The notes under the pieces are model-generated. The model searched no databases. It was not told the origin of the DNA and saw nothing but the letters and a program-made list of their open reading frames with translations. From assembly GCA_951406725.2 (NCBI GenBank), contig OX597825.1:9548001-9612000 (forward strand): a stretch of DNA of 64,000 bases, given 5' to 3'. Every line of letters starts with the position of its first letter. Positions within the stretch are counted from its first letter, which is position 1. Origin of the DNA: Octopus vulgaris. Lineage: Eukaryota. Position numbers and translations under genes: made by a program. Shown piece by piece: positions 14,190 through 27,186 of the stretch.

Positions 14190-14900
14190 TTTGCACAAAA
14201 GGAGTAATGTTTTAAAGGGGATTTCTTCTCACGACTTTATCTGGGGCTAAATTAATCGCTGGAATTTTAAAGATCTGGCTCGTATGAATGCAAGAAACTC
14301 AAGCATTCTTTATATGCGAGCAACATCAAGTTGTACAGTGAAGATGATAAACAACCAGAAATCCCGCTGATGGAAGTATAGAGATTTATTGGAGAACTCA
14401 GAATGAGATGCAAATTATATCAAGCGACAAGGTAAGCTTAAAGAGAACAAATTTAATTAATCAAAATACCATTTTAGGTAAAGAAACAAAGATTAGAGAC
14501 GTAGAAAATCCACAGACATAACAATTGTTAGAAATCAAAAAAGTAAACTGTGAACAACACACACAAATCAAAATATAAACTAAGAAACGAGTATTACAGA
14601 CACATTGTATTAATACTTAAAACACAGTTAAATCTGAATAAGTTACTAAACATCAATAATTTATTTACTCCAGAAATTCGGTAATAAGTTATAAGATTCC
14701 CAGTTTCACGTTAAATGAAGTAACAATATATCAAGACATATGCTAAATAAGAAAAAGAAAAATAATTCTGACTGAATTTAGAATAAATTGCTAATAAATG
14801 GTATGGAAACACTATATCCACAAGGAATACAGCGAGACAGATACTGTGGTATCTGGCAGTGGACGGCAAGATTACATTACGGGATTACATTAAAAACGTG
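14190..14900 (+). mobile_element. Decayed R4/Dong-like non-LTR retrotransposon, RT domain remnant
   Basis: Hand translation gives KLKHSLYASNIKLYSEDDKQ from 14295 (compare HLLYMDDLKLY) and KLRNEYYRHIVLILKTQLN..K..INNL..P from 14577 (compare KEYxRRxRxILKxELNxxNKxxAIN). Multiple stops. Confidence 0.7.
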
Positions 14901-15139
14901 TAAAACGGGAAAATAACGAAAACAAAAGTTCAAAGAAATCTTTATAAGAGGAAGTTTCCCAGATCCTACTCGAAAACAAACTTCAACGAAACTAATGTCT
15001 CCCTGGCCACTAAAGCAAATATCCTCTTCCAGTTATCCTTTCCGAATCTTTAAGTGCAACATGAGATCAGGTCCATTCAAGCGGATTATGTTCACCACTT
15101 TCATCCACCAATCGACAAATTTTCTGAGAAGTGTCACTT

Positions 15140-15382
15140 TCTTTCCCACCTTCGTTCTCGTAGTAATTGGTACTCTTGGCACAACATCCAAAATGCTACG
15201 TAAAAGACTGGAATAAATTGGAACTGAAGCTTGCATTGTCGACATGCAGGTAAGTATCATCCCATAGTCTACAGGAATCCCAAAAAAGATTCTGAAGATT
15301 TCAGGACACTTGTTTCCAAACCTCACCATAAAATACCTGTTAACTATGTCAGCATGCATTAACGAAATAATAATAATAATAA
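15140..15382 (+). mobile_element. R4/Dong-like element, restriction-like endonuclease (RLE) C-terminus plus 3' end running into (TAA)n
   Basis: FVLVVIGTLGTTSKMLRKRLE*IG...DMQVSII..IPKKILKI resembles VVPVVIGALG...LQK..LL...ILRKVL. Followed by (TAA)n at 15366-15382. Confidence 0.7.
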
Positions 15383-15383
15383 T

Positions 15384-16211
15384 TCCACCGATGCAATACT
15401 AGGCAGTGTCACTCATGGCTTCTAATCTTAACTGATCGGAAGTGTTAATACATACATGTGTTGTCTTCGGGTAAAAGATGGGCTACAACAAATATTCTGC
15501 TAAATACTACAGATTTGCTTCTCACATGTTTGATCTTGGCCAGTTGAGCATGTGCCTTGGTGGCTGACGCTATGCTTTCTCTGATAAGGCGGCGAGCTGG
15601 CACAAGGCGGGTAGCTGGCAGAAACGTTAGCACGCCGGGCGGAAGGCTTACCGGTATTTCGTCTGACGCTACGTTCTGAGTTCAAATTCCGCCGAGGTCG
15701 ACTTTGCCTTTCATCCTTTCGGGGTCGATTAAATAAGTACACGTTACGCACTAGGTTCGATTAAGTCGATTATTCGACTTAATCCGTTTGTCTGTCCTTG
15801 TTTGTCCTCTCTGTGTGTAGCTCCTTGTGGGTAGTAAAGAAATAGATATGCTTTCTCTGATAACGAGCAGGAGTATTGGGGAAACATCATATCCATGTAC
15901 TGAGAGGGATTCTTTGGAGTTTGAATAATTCACCTCTGGAAACATGGCTGTTTCGTTCATCATCCTTAAACAACTCTTACTTAGGGAGCTTATGATTGGG
16001 ATGGGCTACTCGACATGAAGAAAATTCTAACTGAGCCTCACCTACAAAGTTATGCACTCCCTATCTTGATGTGAGGTCACCATATAGCACTCATATGGTA
16101 GTGAAAAACGTGCATAGTGTACCGTATTCAGACGGGTAGTCATGATGGGTATACTGGGCTTCGTATACCCATCTCAGCGTCACTTTGATGGCCTCTACTC
16201 TTCTTTCATTC
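15384..16211 (+). mobile_element. Non-coding (TAA)n-flanked retro-element, family D, interrupted by SINE A
   Basis: Reverse-complement match along its length to 32106-32627. (TAA)n on both sides and no convincing ORF. Confidence 0.85.
15588..15846 (+). mobile_element. SINE family A, full length, 17-bp TSD
   Basis: TATGCTTTCTCTGATAA at 15571-15587 and 15847-15863. Head GGCGGCGAGCTGGCA is locally duplicated. B box GAGTTCAAATTCC. Confidence 0.95.
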
Positions 16212-16261
<50 letters not shown>

Positions 16262-16263
<2 letters not shown>

Positions 16264-16422
16264 GTTTCAAATTTTGCCACAAGAACAGCAATTTTGGAGA
16301 AGGGTTCACCCCGAAAGGGTGAAAGGCAAATTCGACCTCGGCAGAATCTGAACTCAGAACGTAGCGGCAGACGAATTACCGCTAAGCATTTCACCCGCCG
16401 TGCTACCGATTCTACCAGCTCC
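16262..16422 (-). mobile_element. SINE family A, internally deleted, third tail type
   Basis: Head and core match family A. The tail CCAAAATTGCTGTTCTTGTGGCAAAATTTGAAAC runs into (TTA)n. Confidence 0.8.
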
Positions 16423-16425
16423 CCC

Positions 16426-16791
16426 AGGGCTCCACCTGCAAGGTCATGTACATTTTAATCTTGATTTGAGGTCACCAAATCGCTTACATAAACGCTCAAT
16501 AGATTATTCGTCATCTGATTAGCAAAATGCTTGTATTGAAAAATGCCAAGAGCATGTCTACTAAATATCAGATATTCACATTATAATAATTAATGAATAA
16601 TTTGAAAGTATAATCTCAGATTTAAATGAATTTTAACGATTATCAGGATGTCTTTACTTTTGTCATGTCTGTGTAGTTGTGATCCATGTCTCTGGTGTAC
16701 CCATATCAGACGGGTGGTCATGATGGGTATATTGGGCTTCGTACATTAGTATCCCAGCGTCACTTTGATGGCATGTGCTACTCTGTCACTC
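16426..16791 (+). mobile_element. Family D 3' fragments (16426-16478 and about 16665-16791)
   Basis: CCACCTGCAAGGTCATG and ATCAGACGGGTGGTCATGATGGGTAT...CACTTTGATGGCATG..CACTC plus AATAAT match family D. Confidence 0.75.
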
Positions 16792-17545
16792 AATAATAGT
16801 AATAATAAGAAGAATGATAATAATAATGTTCATGGAATAAAATTGTACCCAACTGTCTGATGTGAATTATCGCAGAATGTTTGGTCAAAGAATTCGGTAA
16901 CATTGGAAAATAAGACTTGAAAACAAGTGAATGAATCTCATTTCCTTTTACATAAAAGTGTAATAAAAACCAGTAAACAACGCAAACAAGTAGAAATAAT
17001 TATAATAAGCAAAATATAAATATTTATTTTTTCGATCGATTGAATAATGTTTCTATGTTGCTGTTTGATTTAATTTTAGATTCTAACTTCGAAAGCATCC
17101 ATAAATTTATATTTCTTTCTCACGCTATCTCCCCCCCCTCTTTCTCTCTCTCTCTCTCTCTCTCACTCACCTATTCTTCATTTCTGATACCACACACACA
17201 CACACACATACACACATGCACGCACACATACTAACGACAATCGATTTTGTTTTTGTACTTTTCCATTTCATCATATTCGTTCCCTATTCTATTCAAGAGC
17301 CATCTCTTTTAGAGTATGTGTGCGCATGTGTCCGTGTGTGCGTGCGTGCGTGTACACATTTGTAATGCGTGTGCATGTACACACATACACACACACTTAC
17401 ACGTACAAATATATATATATTTACGCGTGTGTGTGTGTGTGTATATATATATATGTTTCTGTATATGCATATAGATGATATTATTATAAATATATTCCCT
17501 TCATTCTCTTCCCCTATATTTCATTTATTACACGCGCAGACACAC

Positions 17546-17616
<71 letters not shown>

Positions 17617-18295
17617 CAGACATAAATACATATATATACGTACATACATATATACATGGATACAGATGCGTAAACGTATGTATGCATATACCCATAAACA
17701 CATACATACGTTCATGCTTATTTATATACACATACACATGGAAAATAGATGTATAAGTAGATCTCTCATATATATATTTTCAATTTTCAAAGTGTGTTAC
17801 ATAAGCTATATACTTGTTGGAAGAAAGAGAAAGCCACAATGAATCGCTATTTTGTTGTGGCGTTAGTCTTTTAGATAACTTTGTGAAAATGTTGCAGTCA
17901 TTTATTTAGAATAACAAATAAAGAGAAAAGTCAGAGAAGATTACCAATATATAAAAAAAAAACATTTTGGAAAAGAATATTGAATACACACAAAAAAAAA
18001 AACCTGCCATCGATGCCAACGTTATTTTATTCTTCAATGAGAAATTGGAATAACGACTTCATTTTGATTTACCCGCCTTAAACACATATGTCTGTGTGTG
18101 TGATTGTGTATGTGTGTCTGTGCCTGCTTACGTATATATATATATTTATATATATATATATGTATGTATATATATATATATATGTATGTATGTATATATA
18201 TATATATATATATATATTTATCTATCTTTATATATATATATATATATTTATCTATATATATATATTTATTTATCTATCTTTATATATATAGGAAT

Positions 18296-18332
<37 letters not shown>

Positions 18333-18417
18333 GGGATGTATATATATATATATATAGGAATGTATAGATATATATATTTATATAGGAATGTATATATATG
18401 TGTATATATATATATAG

Positions 18418-18456
<39 letters not shown>

Positions 18457-19061
18457 GTGTCGCTGTGTGAGTATTTGTTTTTATATGCGTATATATATTT
18501 ATATTTATATATGCTTATACATATACGTACATATATATACATATATGTGTACGTGCATATAAATATCTGTGTGTATATATGTATATGCGTGTGTGTGTGC
18601 GCTCGCGTGTGTTTTTTGTTTATGTATGAGTGTGTATGTATGTGTGCGTATATGTTAGTGTGTACGTAAATGTATTTGTGTGCATGTACAGATGGATCCG
18701 TTGCAGCATAATATAATTATTCATATATTTTTGTAATGCAAAGCAAACTATTCGCTCTCTCTCTCTATATATATATATACAAACTAATGCGCCTACACTC
18801 TTGTAGTATGGATATAAAATTGCGACGAATAAACGACATCAACATCAACAGCAACAACAACAACAACAAAAACATAAATAAATAATTGATAGTTTGATGA
18901 AGCAGCATCATACCTAATTTCCTTGGAATGATGAATTTCTTTCAATATTTTACCTCTATTAAAAACTTGAATGAAGACTATGGATGTAATTGTATGACTA
19001 AACAATTAGATTAGAGAGATTGTTATTACAAAATATTTATAATAGAAATATAAACAGCAAC

Positions 19062-19156
<95 letters not shown>

Positions 19157-19525
19157 GTGGTGGTGGTGGTGGTAAAAAAGGTTGCGATGTGCATGTTTTT
19201 TATTGTGTAAACATCGATTTTGTATATGTAGATATATGTGTAGTTATGTATCATAAACAAGAGGAAAAATGCCGAAAGGCCGATTTGTGTTGGTTCAGCA
19301 AAAATACTTAAGAGCCGAAGTTTCGATAATGAGTTTTGGTACTAACGAGAAATTATGTATTGTTTTTACCTTATGTTTCTGCTGTTTTTTGCTATGTTTT
19401 ATCGACTCGTAATATTTTATATGTAAACGCGGTTGTGTGACTTAGAATTTCGGTTTGCAAACAAGCCATGTGACTACCGACTTTGAAGCTACTGCTGAGG
19501 ATTCCGTCGAACATTCCTATGTATG

Positions 19526-19567
<42 letters not shown>

Positions 19568-19568
<1 letters not shown>

Positions 19569-19722
19569 AAGGGTGAAAAGGAACACACGAGTTGATATAT
19601 ATGAAAAAACAAGTCAAAATAGAAAATGCTAAAATGATTTTATAAAGAACATTTCAGTACCGAATTTCTTTATAAAGTTCTTTATAAAATTATTTTAGCA
19701 TTTTCTATTTTGACTTGTTTTT

Positions 19723-19723
<1 letters not shown>
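19568..19723. mobile_element. (TA)n-embedded fold-back element
   Basis: 47-bp inverted repeat at 19604-19650 / 19677-19723 (1 mismatch). The leader starts TAAGGG, as at 46472. (TA)n lies on both sides. Confidence 0.7.
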
Positions 19724-19798
<75 letters not shown>

Positions 19799-19971
19799 GT
19801 ATATATAGGAGAGGAAAAATTATAAGGCAGAATGCTAAATTGAAAGTAAATTTTAGTAAAAATGGGTGTATGAAAAATTAAAAAAGAAAAAATATTAAAT
19901 AATAAAAAATTAAAAAATAATAAGAAAAAATAATATATATGTATATATGTCTATATAGACAGTGGGTTGAT

Positions 19972-20210
19972 TGAGCACTGGATTATTCGCCTTAAGATCG
20001 CAAGATCGTGAGTTCCATTCCCGAAGCAAGACACTTTATTTCAAGTTGCTCCAGTCCACTCAGGTGGCAAAAAAAAAAAAAAAAATCAAAGAATAGTATC
20101 TCTGTTTCAAAGTCCCAGCCTTGTCCCAATATCTGTTCCGCTGAATCTCCCTCGGGGTTACGTTAAAAGCATGCGTTTCTGGGGAGTGCTCGTGCATTTG
20201 CACGTTAGTT
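19972..20210 (+). mobile_element. Old tRNA-derived SINE remnant (a further family)
   Basis: B-box-like GAGTTCCATTCCC, then AGCAAGACACTTTATTTC..GTTGCTCCAGTCCACTCAG. A related remnant lies on the minus strand at about 13010-13105. Confidence 0.5.
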
Positions 20211-20258
20211 TTGTAACTTACTTAATCTTTACTTTTTAATTGTTATTTTAATTTTAAA

Positions 20259-20490
20259 GGCGGCGAGCTGGCAGAAACGTTAGCGCGCCGGGCGAAATGC
20301 TTAGCAGTATTTCGTCTGCCGTTACGTTCTGAGTTCAAATTCCGCCGAGGTCGACTTTGCCTTTCATCCTTTCGGGGTCGATAAATAAAGTAAGAGTTTC
20401 GCACTGGGGTCGATGTAATCGACTTAATCCCTTTGTCTGTCCTTGTTTGTCCCCTCTATGTTTAGCCCCTTGTGGGCAATAAAGAAATAT
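20259..20490 (+). mobile_element. SINE family A, full length
   Basis: GGCGGCGAGCTGGCAGAAACG...AAAGAAATA. Probable TSD TTTAATTTTAA at 20247-20257 and 20493-20503. Confidence 0.95.
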
Positions 20491-20594
20491 ACTTTAATTT
20501 TAACTTTTCTATTATATGTAATTTTCTAGATGGTGTAATTTAATTATTCATTTTGAATTGATAAAAGGTGGGTTTTTTTCTAATATTTTATATA

Positions 20595-20998
20595 TACTCT
20601 TTACTCTCTCTTTTACTCTTTTACTTGTTTCAGTTATTTGACTGCGGCCATGCTGGAGCACCGCCTTTAATCGAGCAACTCGACCCCGGGACTTATTCTT
20701 TTGTAAGCCCAGTACTTATTCTATCGGTCTCTTTTGCCGAACCGCTAAGTAACGGGGACATAAACACACCAGCATCGGTTGTCAAGCAATACTAGGGGGA
20801 CAAACACACACACACAAACACACACACCCATATATATATACATATATACGACGGGCTTCTTTCAGTTTCCGTCTATCAAATCCACTCACAAGGCTTTGGT
20901 CGGCCCGAGGCTATAGTATAAGACACTTGCCCAAGGTGCCACGCAGTGGGACTGAACCCGGAACCATGTGGTTGGTAAACAAGCTACTTACCACACAG
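20595..20998 (-). mobile_element. SINE family B (tRNA head plus CORE-like domain), near full length
   Basis: Minus strand reads TGTGTGGTAAG...GGGTTCAGTCCC (B box), then CACCTTGGGCAAGTG (CORE-SINE-like), an internal (TA)/(TG) tract and an AAAAGAGT-type tail. Confidence 0.93.
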
Positions 20999-21079
20999 AG
21001 AGAAAGAGAGAGAGAGAGATAATTAACTGCTGGCATTCAGTTTGTTACAAGGATGAAGGTTGAAGCTGATCCGATCAAC

Positions 21080-21640
21080 AAAACACCCTTTTTGGGAAAT
21101 TAACGGGCAATGAGATTTCGAGAGGTTGAGAGGTGAGAGGATCAGGGTTGCCTCGGTGGTTGTGAGTGTGAGACCAACCAGGTTCTGAAGAACATAAGGC
21201 ATTATAGTAGCGATAGAAAGAAGGCAGGTTTATGAGACAACTTGCCTTTTTAATCCCAAAGGTGGAATATGCCCATTGGTGATCTATTACCAATAAGCCC
21301 TGGGTACCATCTAATATTATCCAATCTACATGACAGTGTGCATATCAGCAGCAGCGTCCCACATGTTGGGGCAGTACTCTATAGAGGGCACACATGTGAA
21401 CCTTGTACAATCTCAACAGCTGTGGAGGAGTAAAAGATTTTCTGGTCCTAGCCATGCTAAAGATGTGATTCCGTCACGAGGCACACTCGGTAATAGTGAA
21501 ACTTGAGGAATTTGAGCATCTCTGAGTGTGTCCCCGATCCATCTCTTGTGAGAGATGCGGGGGCAATGGTGCTTTCTTGATGTGTGTAGTGCTTAAAATG
21601 TTCATAGTTGTTAAAAGAAACAATGTGATCAAGTGTGCCT
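21080..21640 (-). mobile_element. Decayed LINE (CR1/Jockey group), ORF2 C-terminal remnant
   Basis: Peptides PPQLLRLYK, PSIEYCPNMWDAA and LPSFYRYYNALCSSE resemble LLxLYKxxIRPxMEYC..W and SLFYRYYxGxCSxEL. Confidence 0.7.
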
Positions 21641-23084
21641 CTGTGTATGCGTATGGGAGTATGGGAATTAGGATACATGTTGCACGTTTATGAAGGACCC
21701 AAATATCAAAATAAAATCTGTCCTGTGATATTACAGCTGTCTTCAGAATATGTGTCTGTTAATCATACTGGATATTTGAATATCAAAATGTACCGGTACT
21801 GTTATAATAACGTAAGATATCTGATTTACACACATACATAAGCAGCCATACGCAAACACGCTAATATATATGTGTGTGTGTGTGTCTGTGTCTCTGTGTG
21901 TGTATGTGTGAGAGAGAGAGAGGGGAGTTTTATCCTTGTATATATGTATAAAGGAGGCAGGTTGGGCCATGTAAGGAAATTTGCTTAGGAATCGGGACCC
22001 CTGCGTAGATCCCATCGTGTAGGATCATGGGACAGCGTATTTTACCATTGCATCTAGTTTGACTGAAGTCTTGTGTCAATCAGTTATTAAGTAAATGGAA
22101 GATGCAGTATTTCGTCGTATCGGGTGTAAGTTTGATATAAATAAATCTGCCTTATCCTACGCTGTCAAGCTGATCCCATGGATTTCGTTAAGAGCGAACA
22201 TGTCCGTGGTATAATTACCCACTTATTGGATAAGGTAATTCAGTCGTTTGAACTAGGCGGGGTTATACATCGTTGAATCCAACATAGGACCCATATATTT
22301 ATTTATGTAGTGAGAAAGATATCAAAAATATCTATCAGTGTTTTTCCGTTCAGAGATGAAAATGTTCTCCTTCTAGCTCTGTTTTTTTTTTTTTGTATTT
22401 TTGCGTACACGCGCATGCGTGTATATGCGCGTTTGCGGGTGTGTCTGTGCCCGCGTGCTCGTGTCTGTGTGTCTGTAGGATGTATCGGGGATGGAAATAA
22501 AATCTGTACAAACTGTTCCTATCACGCTGCTCTGCTTTGATCAATAAACATTAATCAGATTACCAACAAACTAGAAATGGCTCCAGCTATTTTCTCTTGA
22601 TGAAGTTTCAATGAATACTTAATATAAAAGTTGTCGTTGTAAAAAAAAAAAAGAAACTTCTTACAACATTAATGGATCATATTAACACGGCATCGTTCAG
22701 TAATAGATTATCGACATTCATGTTATTTGAAAGAATATGCTCCTCATTTTATTTCTCACTAACTTAATGTTGTCTTTTGTCTTTTTTAACAATTTTTATT
22801 GATAAATTCTGCATAGAATTGTATTTTTTCGATTAATTTAAATCATTAATTTTGACAAGTTAAAATATTTCAGATTTCTCGTATTAAGTTGGTTTTTAAC
22901 AGAAACGTTGAATGTTTATCACGGCTATTAATAATATTTCATTTTGTGTCGATTTCCTCTGATATAGTTTTAAGTAGATATCAGGACGTTGACGAGGATG
23001 AGTTTTTGGAGGAATTTTCATTACAAGTCTGCTTATTAACATAGGAGTTAAGACTGAAGCTAGCGCCGGACTCACTTGTAGTTC

Positions 23085-23305
23085 TTACTCTTTCACTCTT
23101 TTACTTGTCTCAGTCATTTGGCTGTGGCCATGCTGGAGCACCGCTTTTAGTCGAGCAAATCGACGCCAGGACTTATTATTTGTAAGCCTAGTACTTATTC
23201 TATCGGTGTTCTTTTGCTGAACCGCTAGGTTACGGGGACGTAAACACACCAGCATCGGTTGTCAAGCAATGTTGGGGGGACAAATACAGACACATACACA
23301 CATAC

Positions 23306-23337
<32 letters not shown>

Positions 23338-23542
23338 CTGTGTGTGTAAATATATATATATATATATATACATATATACGACGGGCTTCTTTCAGTTTCC
23401 GTCTACCAAATCTACTCACAAGGCTTTGGTCGGCCCGAGGCTATAGTAAAAGACACTTGCCCAAGGTGTCACACAGTGGGACTGAACTCGGAACCATGTG
23501 GCTGGTAAGCAAACTACTTACCACACACCCACTCCTGCGCCT
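23085..23542 (-). mobile_element. SINE family B, full length
   Basis: Starts AGGCGCAGGAGTGG on the minus strand and is collinear with the 20595, 43831 and 47619 copies. Confidence 0.95.
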
Positions 23543-23722
23543 GTAAGTTCAAAACATTTAATTTCTCTCACTAATATCCTGGAAATGTTATGAGCACCAC
23601 ATGTTCATATTAATAGTAAGAATTAGCGTGTGTACCACTTGGTACAGCCCCTGAGTTTGCCATCACACTACGCTCCCTATACAGGGCCAAAACTGCTGCC
23701 ATCGGTAAACTTGTCATAACTT

Positions 23723-23989
23723 TGTAATTAGCGTTAATATTATTTATAATGTTAATTGATACAATCTGATCTCATTATGAACTTTACCCTGTTTTATGCT
23801 GTCCGCTCCATAAATTGATTCTGCCTTGCTCAACCACAAGTTACCAGAATATCCATGTAATTAACGTTAATAATATTTGTAATGTTAATTGATATATGCT
23901 GCTCTTCTTATGACCTTTTCCTTGTTTTACGATGTCCGCCTCATAAGTTGAGTCTGTCTTGGTCAACCACAAGTCACCCGAATACCCAT
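23723..23989. repeat. Two-copy tandem duplication, 133-bp period, diverged
   Basis: TGTAATTA.CGTTAATA at 23723 and 23856; CAACCACAAG at 23831 and 23964. Confidence 0.9.
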
Positions 23990-25078
23990 AAAGGGAAAAC
24001 GAGATGTTCACATGTTCATGGTTTTCTATGGGAATTAAGTGCGTAATCATTTAATCCTAAGTAGGTTTAAGTGGATTTAACAGAATATTTTATTGAGATT
24101 ACCGGAAGTTTGAGACTATCAATTTGGATACAAGATTTTCTGGGAAATAGAAATGAAATAATTGTTTTACATGCCTTTTTAAAGAATATTAACTGTGTAT
24201 GGGAAATTGCATCGACTAGGAATGGAAACCGTGTTACAGAGTTAGTCAACAGTTATATGCATCTTTCAGAATGGCTTTTTTTGTCAGGATAATCACAGAA
24301 ATGATAAGCATGATAGAAATACATACTAAACACATTTTAGGTCAGATTTACAGCAAATAACACCGAGGAGAAATATCGATACGCAATGGAAAGTACATGA
24401 AGAGGTTTAACTAAAATTGCTTAATATCATTTTTTATATTTGCTATTTTTTTTAGTTGTCTGAATGTTGGAAAAATAAATTCGCGACAAAAGATTAGAAT
24501 TGTTTCCTTCCTTACTCGAATCGTAGCTGGAAGCAAAGAGAAGACGCGCAAAAATAGAAATGAAATCAGAATACATTTGAAAATATAAATGGCTACATAT
24601 TACGGAATGCCCTGGGTAATTCGGAATATTTATTCCAGTCTGACGAATGCAGAGTGGAGATTTATTTAAGTTTCAAATCGTGCTCTATTAAGTTTTCACA
24701 ATAAGCAAATGTAATATACATTTGTTATATAATGGCTTTCCCGATAAAGCAGCACTTAGCTGATGCGTGTACACATGCTCATGTACTTGTGTGTGAGGTT
24801 GTGTGACTCTGTGCATGTGTGTGCATGTCCGTGTGTGTTTATGCGTTTGTGTAGCTACATATAAACAAGTATATATTTACGCACATAAATATATGTATTA
24901 ATACACACCTGCACCGGTACATATATCTATATGTGTATGTGTGTGTGTGTGTGTCTGCGTGTGTATGTATGTATGTATGTATTATGTATGAACGCATGTA
25001 TGTACATATGTGTGTATATGTATGTGTATGTGTGTATGTTAACATGTACATATATATGTGTTTATATATATATGTATG

Positions 25079-25133
<55 letters not shown>

Positions 25134-25425
25134 ATGGATGGATGTAAATGTATAACGAATTTCAATTTGTTTTCCAAGAATTTCGAACCGTGAGTTGAAA
25201 CCAATATTGATATATATATAGCAAGAACTATGATTGATAATGCCTGTACTCACACTGTACGGTTGGTTGTCTAATGTTCACTAAGCAGTTAAGCATAAGA
25301 AACCGATAGAATATGAACCAGACATAACAAATGCAGGGGCGATTTGACATTTGGAGACACTGCCCAGCAAAGGCCACAGAACAAGGAATGAAACAAGTTA
25401 AACGAGAAAATATAAAAGAATAGAA

Positions 25426-25715
25426 AGATTGATTGATTGATGGAATGATTGATGAATTGATTGATTGATTGATTATTGAGTGTGTGAGTGAGTGATGAAT
25501 TGCTTGATTGATTGACTGAATGCGTGTTTGATTGATTGAGTGAGTGAGTGAGTGAGTGAGTGAATGAGTGAGTGAGTGAGTGAATGAGTGAGTGAGTGAG
25601 TGAGTGAGTGAGTGAGTGAGTGAGTGTGAGTGAGTGAGTGAGTGAGTGAGTGAGTGAGTGAGTGAGTGAGTGAGTGAGTGAGTGAGTGAGGAATTGATTG
25701 ATTAATTGATTGACT
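25426..25715. repeat. (GATT)n/(GAGT)n tetranucleotide microsatellite
   Basis: Directly visible. Confidence 0.95.
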
Positions 25716-26299
25716 GAAAGCGTGATAGGTATATTGGTGGAATCGTTCGATCTGTGTATAGTATGCTTTGCTGAATTTTTATAAGGTCTTTGCGCCCTGC
25801 GATCAAACCTAATCGAGGAGAGCTTCTCTCCTTCTGTCGTTCTCTGAGTAGCTGAACCTGTAATTCACATTATGTTCCGGAGGTCCGGCCTAACGATTGC
25901 GTCAATGGTGCCTGTATCTGTGGATTACCAAGCCTTTTAGACCTTAACTTCCATAGTACGAATCTTGTTTGTGGAACCAGTAAATGTTCATTGCTGAGTC
26001 CGAAGATGAATACACAGTCTCTCTCTATATATATATAATCATATGTATACCCGTGGGCCGTTGGCGATTACTTCTTTTTCTTTGGACTTTATCCTTTCTC
26101 CTTTCCAACGAAGAAGTATGCTCGAAACGTTAAACTCTCTCCTTTCACTGAGTGTCAAGCTTTTTGTGCACGTTCTCACGTTCGTTGTTTTTCCCTTTTT
26201 TCGTTTCTTTTTATTTCTTTGAATTGACTATATATACCGTAAGCTACTCTACAGGCCAAGGATACCTTGAAGAGTAGCATGTCGTATATATACATACAA

Positions 26300-26337
<38 letters not shown>

Positions 26338-27110
26338 GTGTGTTTGTGCATGTGTGCACGACAGGCTTCTTTCAGTATCCGTCTACCAAATCCGCACAGC
26401 AGTCTTTGGTCAACTCAAGACAATAGTAGAATGCACTTGCAGTGGGACTGAAACCGGAAGCAATTGTCTTGTCAGACAGTCACGTGTGTGTGTGTGTATA
26501 TATCTTTGTATGTATGTGTTTGTGTGTACGTGCGTGTGTGCGTTCCCACGCATGTATGTATCTTTCTGTAAACGTATGCCTTATGGTACAAACAAAGAGA
26601 GTATTCAATTGTGTTGTACATTCTTATAAGATTTATAGAAAGCCGAAAGCATTATTAATCGTTATTCCGAGTTTCACGGTTCCGCTCTTTGGACTACAGT
26701 GACTGTTAGAAAATGTCCACGAAGCACGTGTAGCTCCTTCCATGACATTCCACATCAAAATATGATGACTACCGTAGCGAGTGATTGCACGATGGTTGAA
26801 CAGCCATGACCTTATTTCCATTGTTTTAGAGTTGAAGTGAAATTCACGTTTTTTTGTTTTGTTGCTAGAGTTTCTAAGATCAAAACAACGTATTTTTATT
26901 GAAATAAATACTATTTTAAAAATGTAAAAGAATCGTAAGATGAATTCTAAAATTACTCATATAACATCATGTTCTTTGTACTCACCTCTTTGGTTCTTTT
27001 CTATGCATACATAATCAGTAGACACACACGCGTACATGTAGACACACACACATTTACACATACATACATATAAATATATATATATACACACACACACAAA
27101 TATATATATA

Positions 27111-27186
<76 letters not shown>

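Noticed and set aside
23841-24050. Duplicated peptide GYSG(D/N)LWL.K on the minus strand suggesting duplicated exons
   Set aside because: The 133-bp period shifts the frame, substitutions are not clearly biased to silent sites, and I saw no convincing splice signals.
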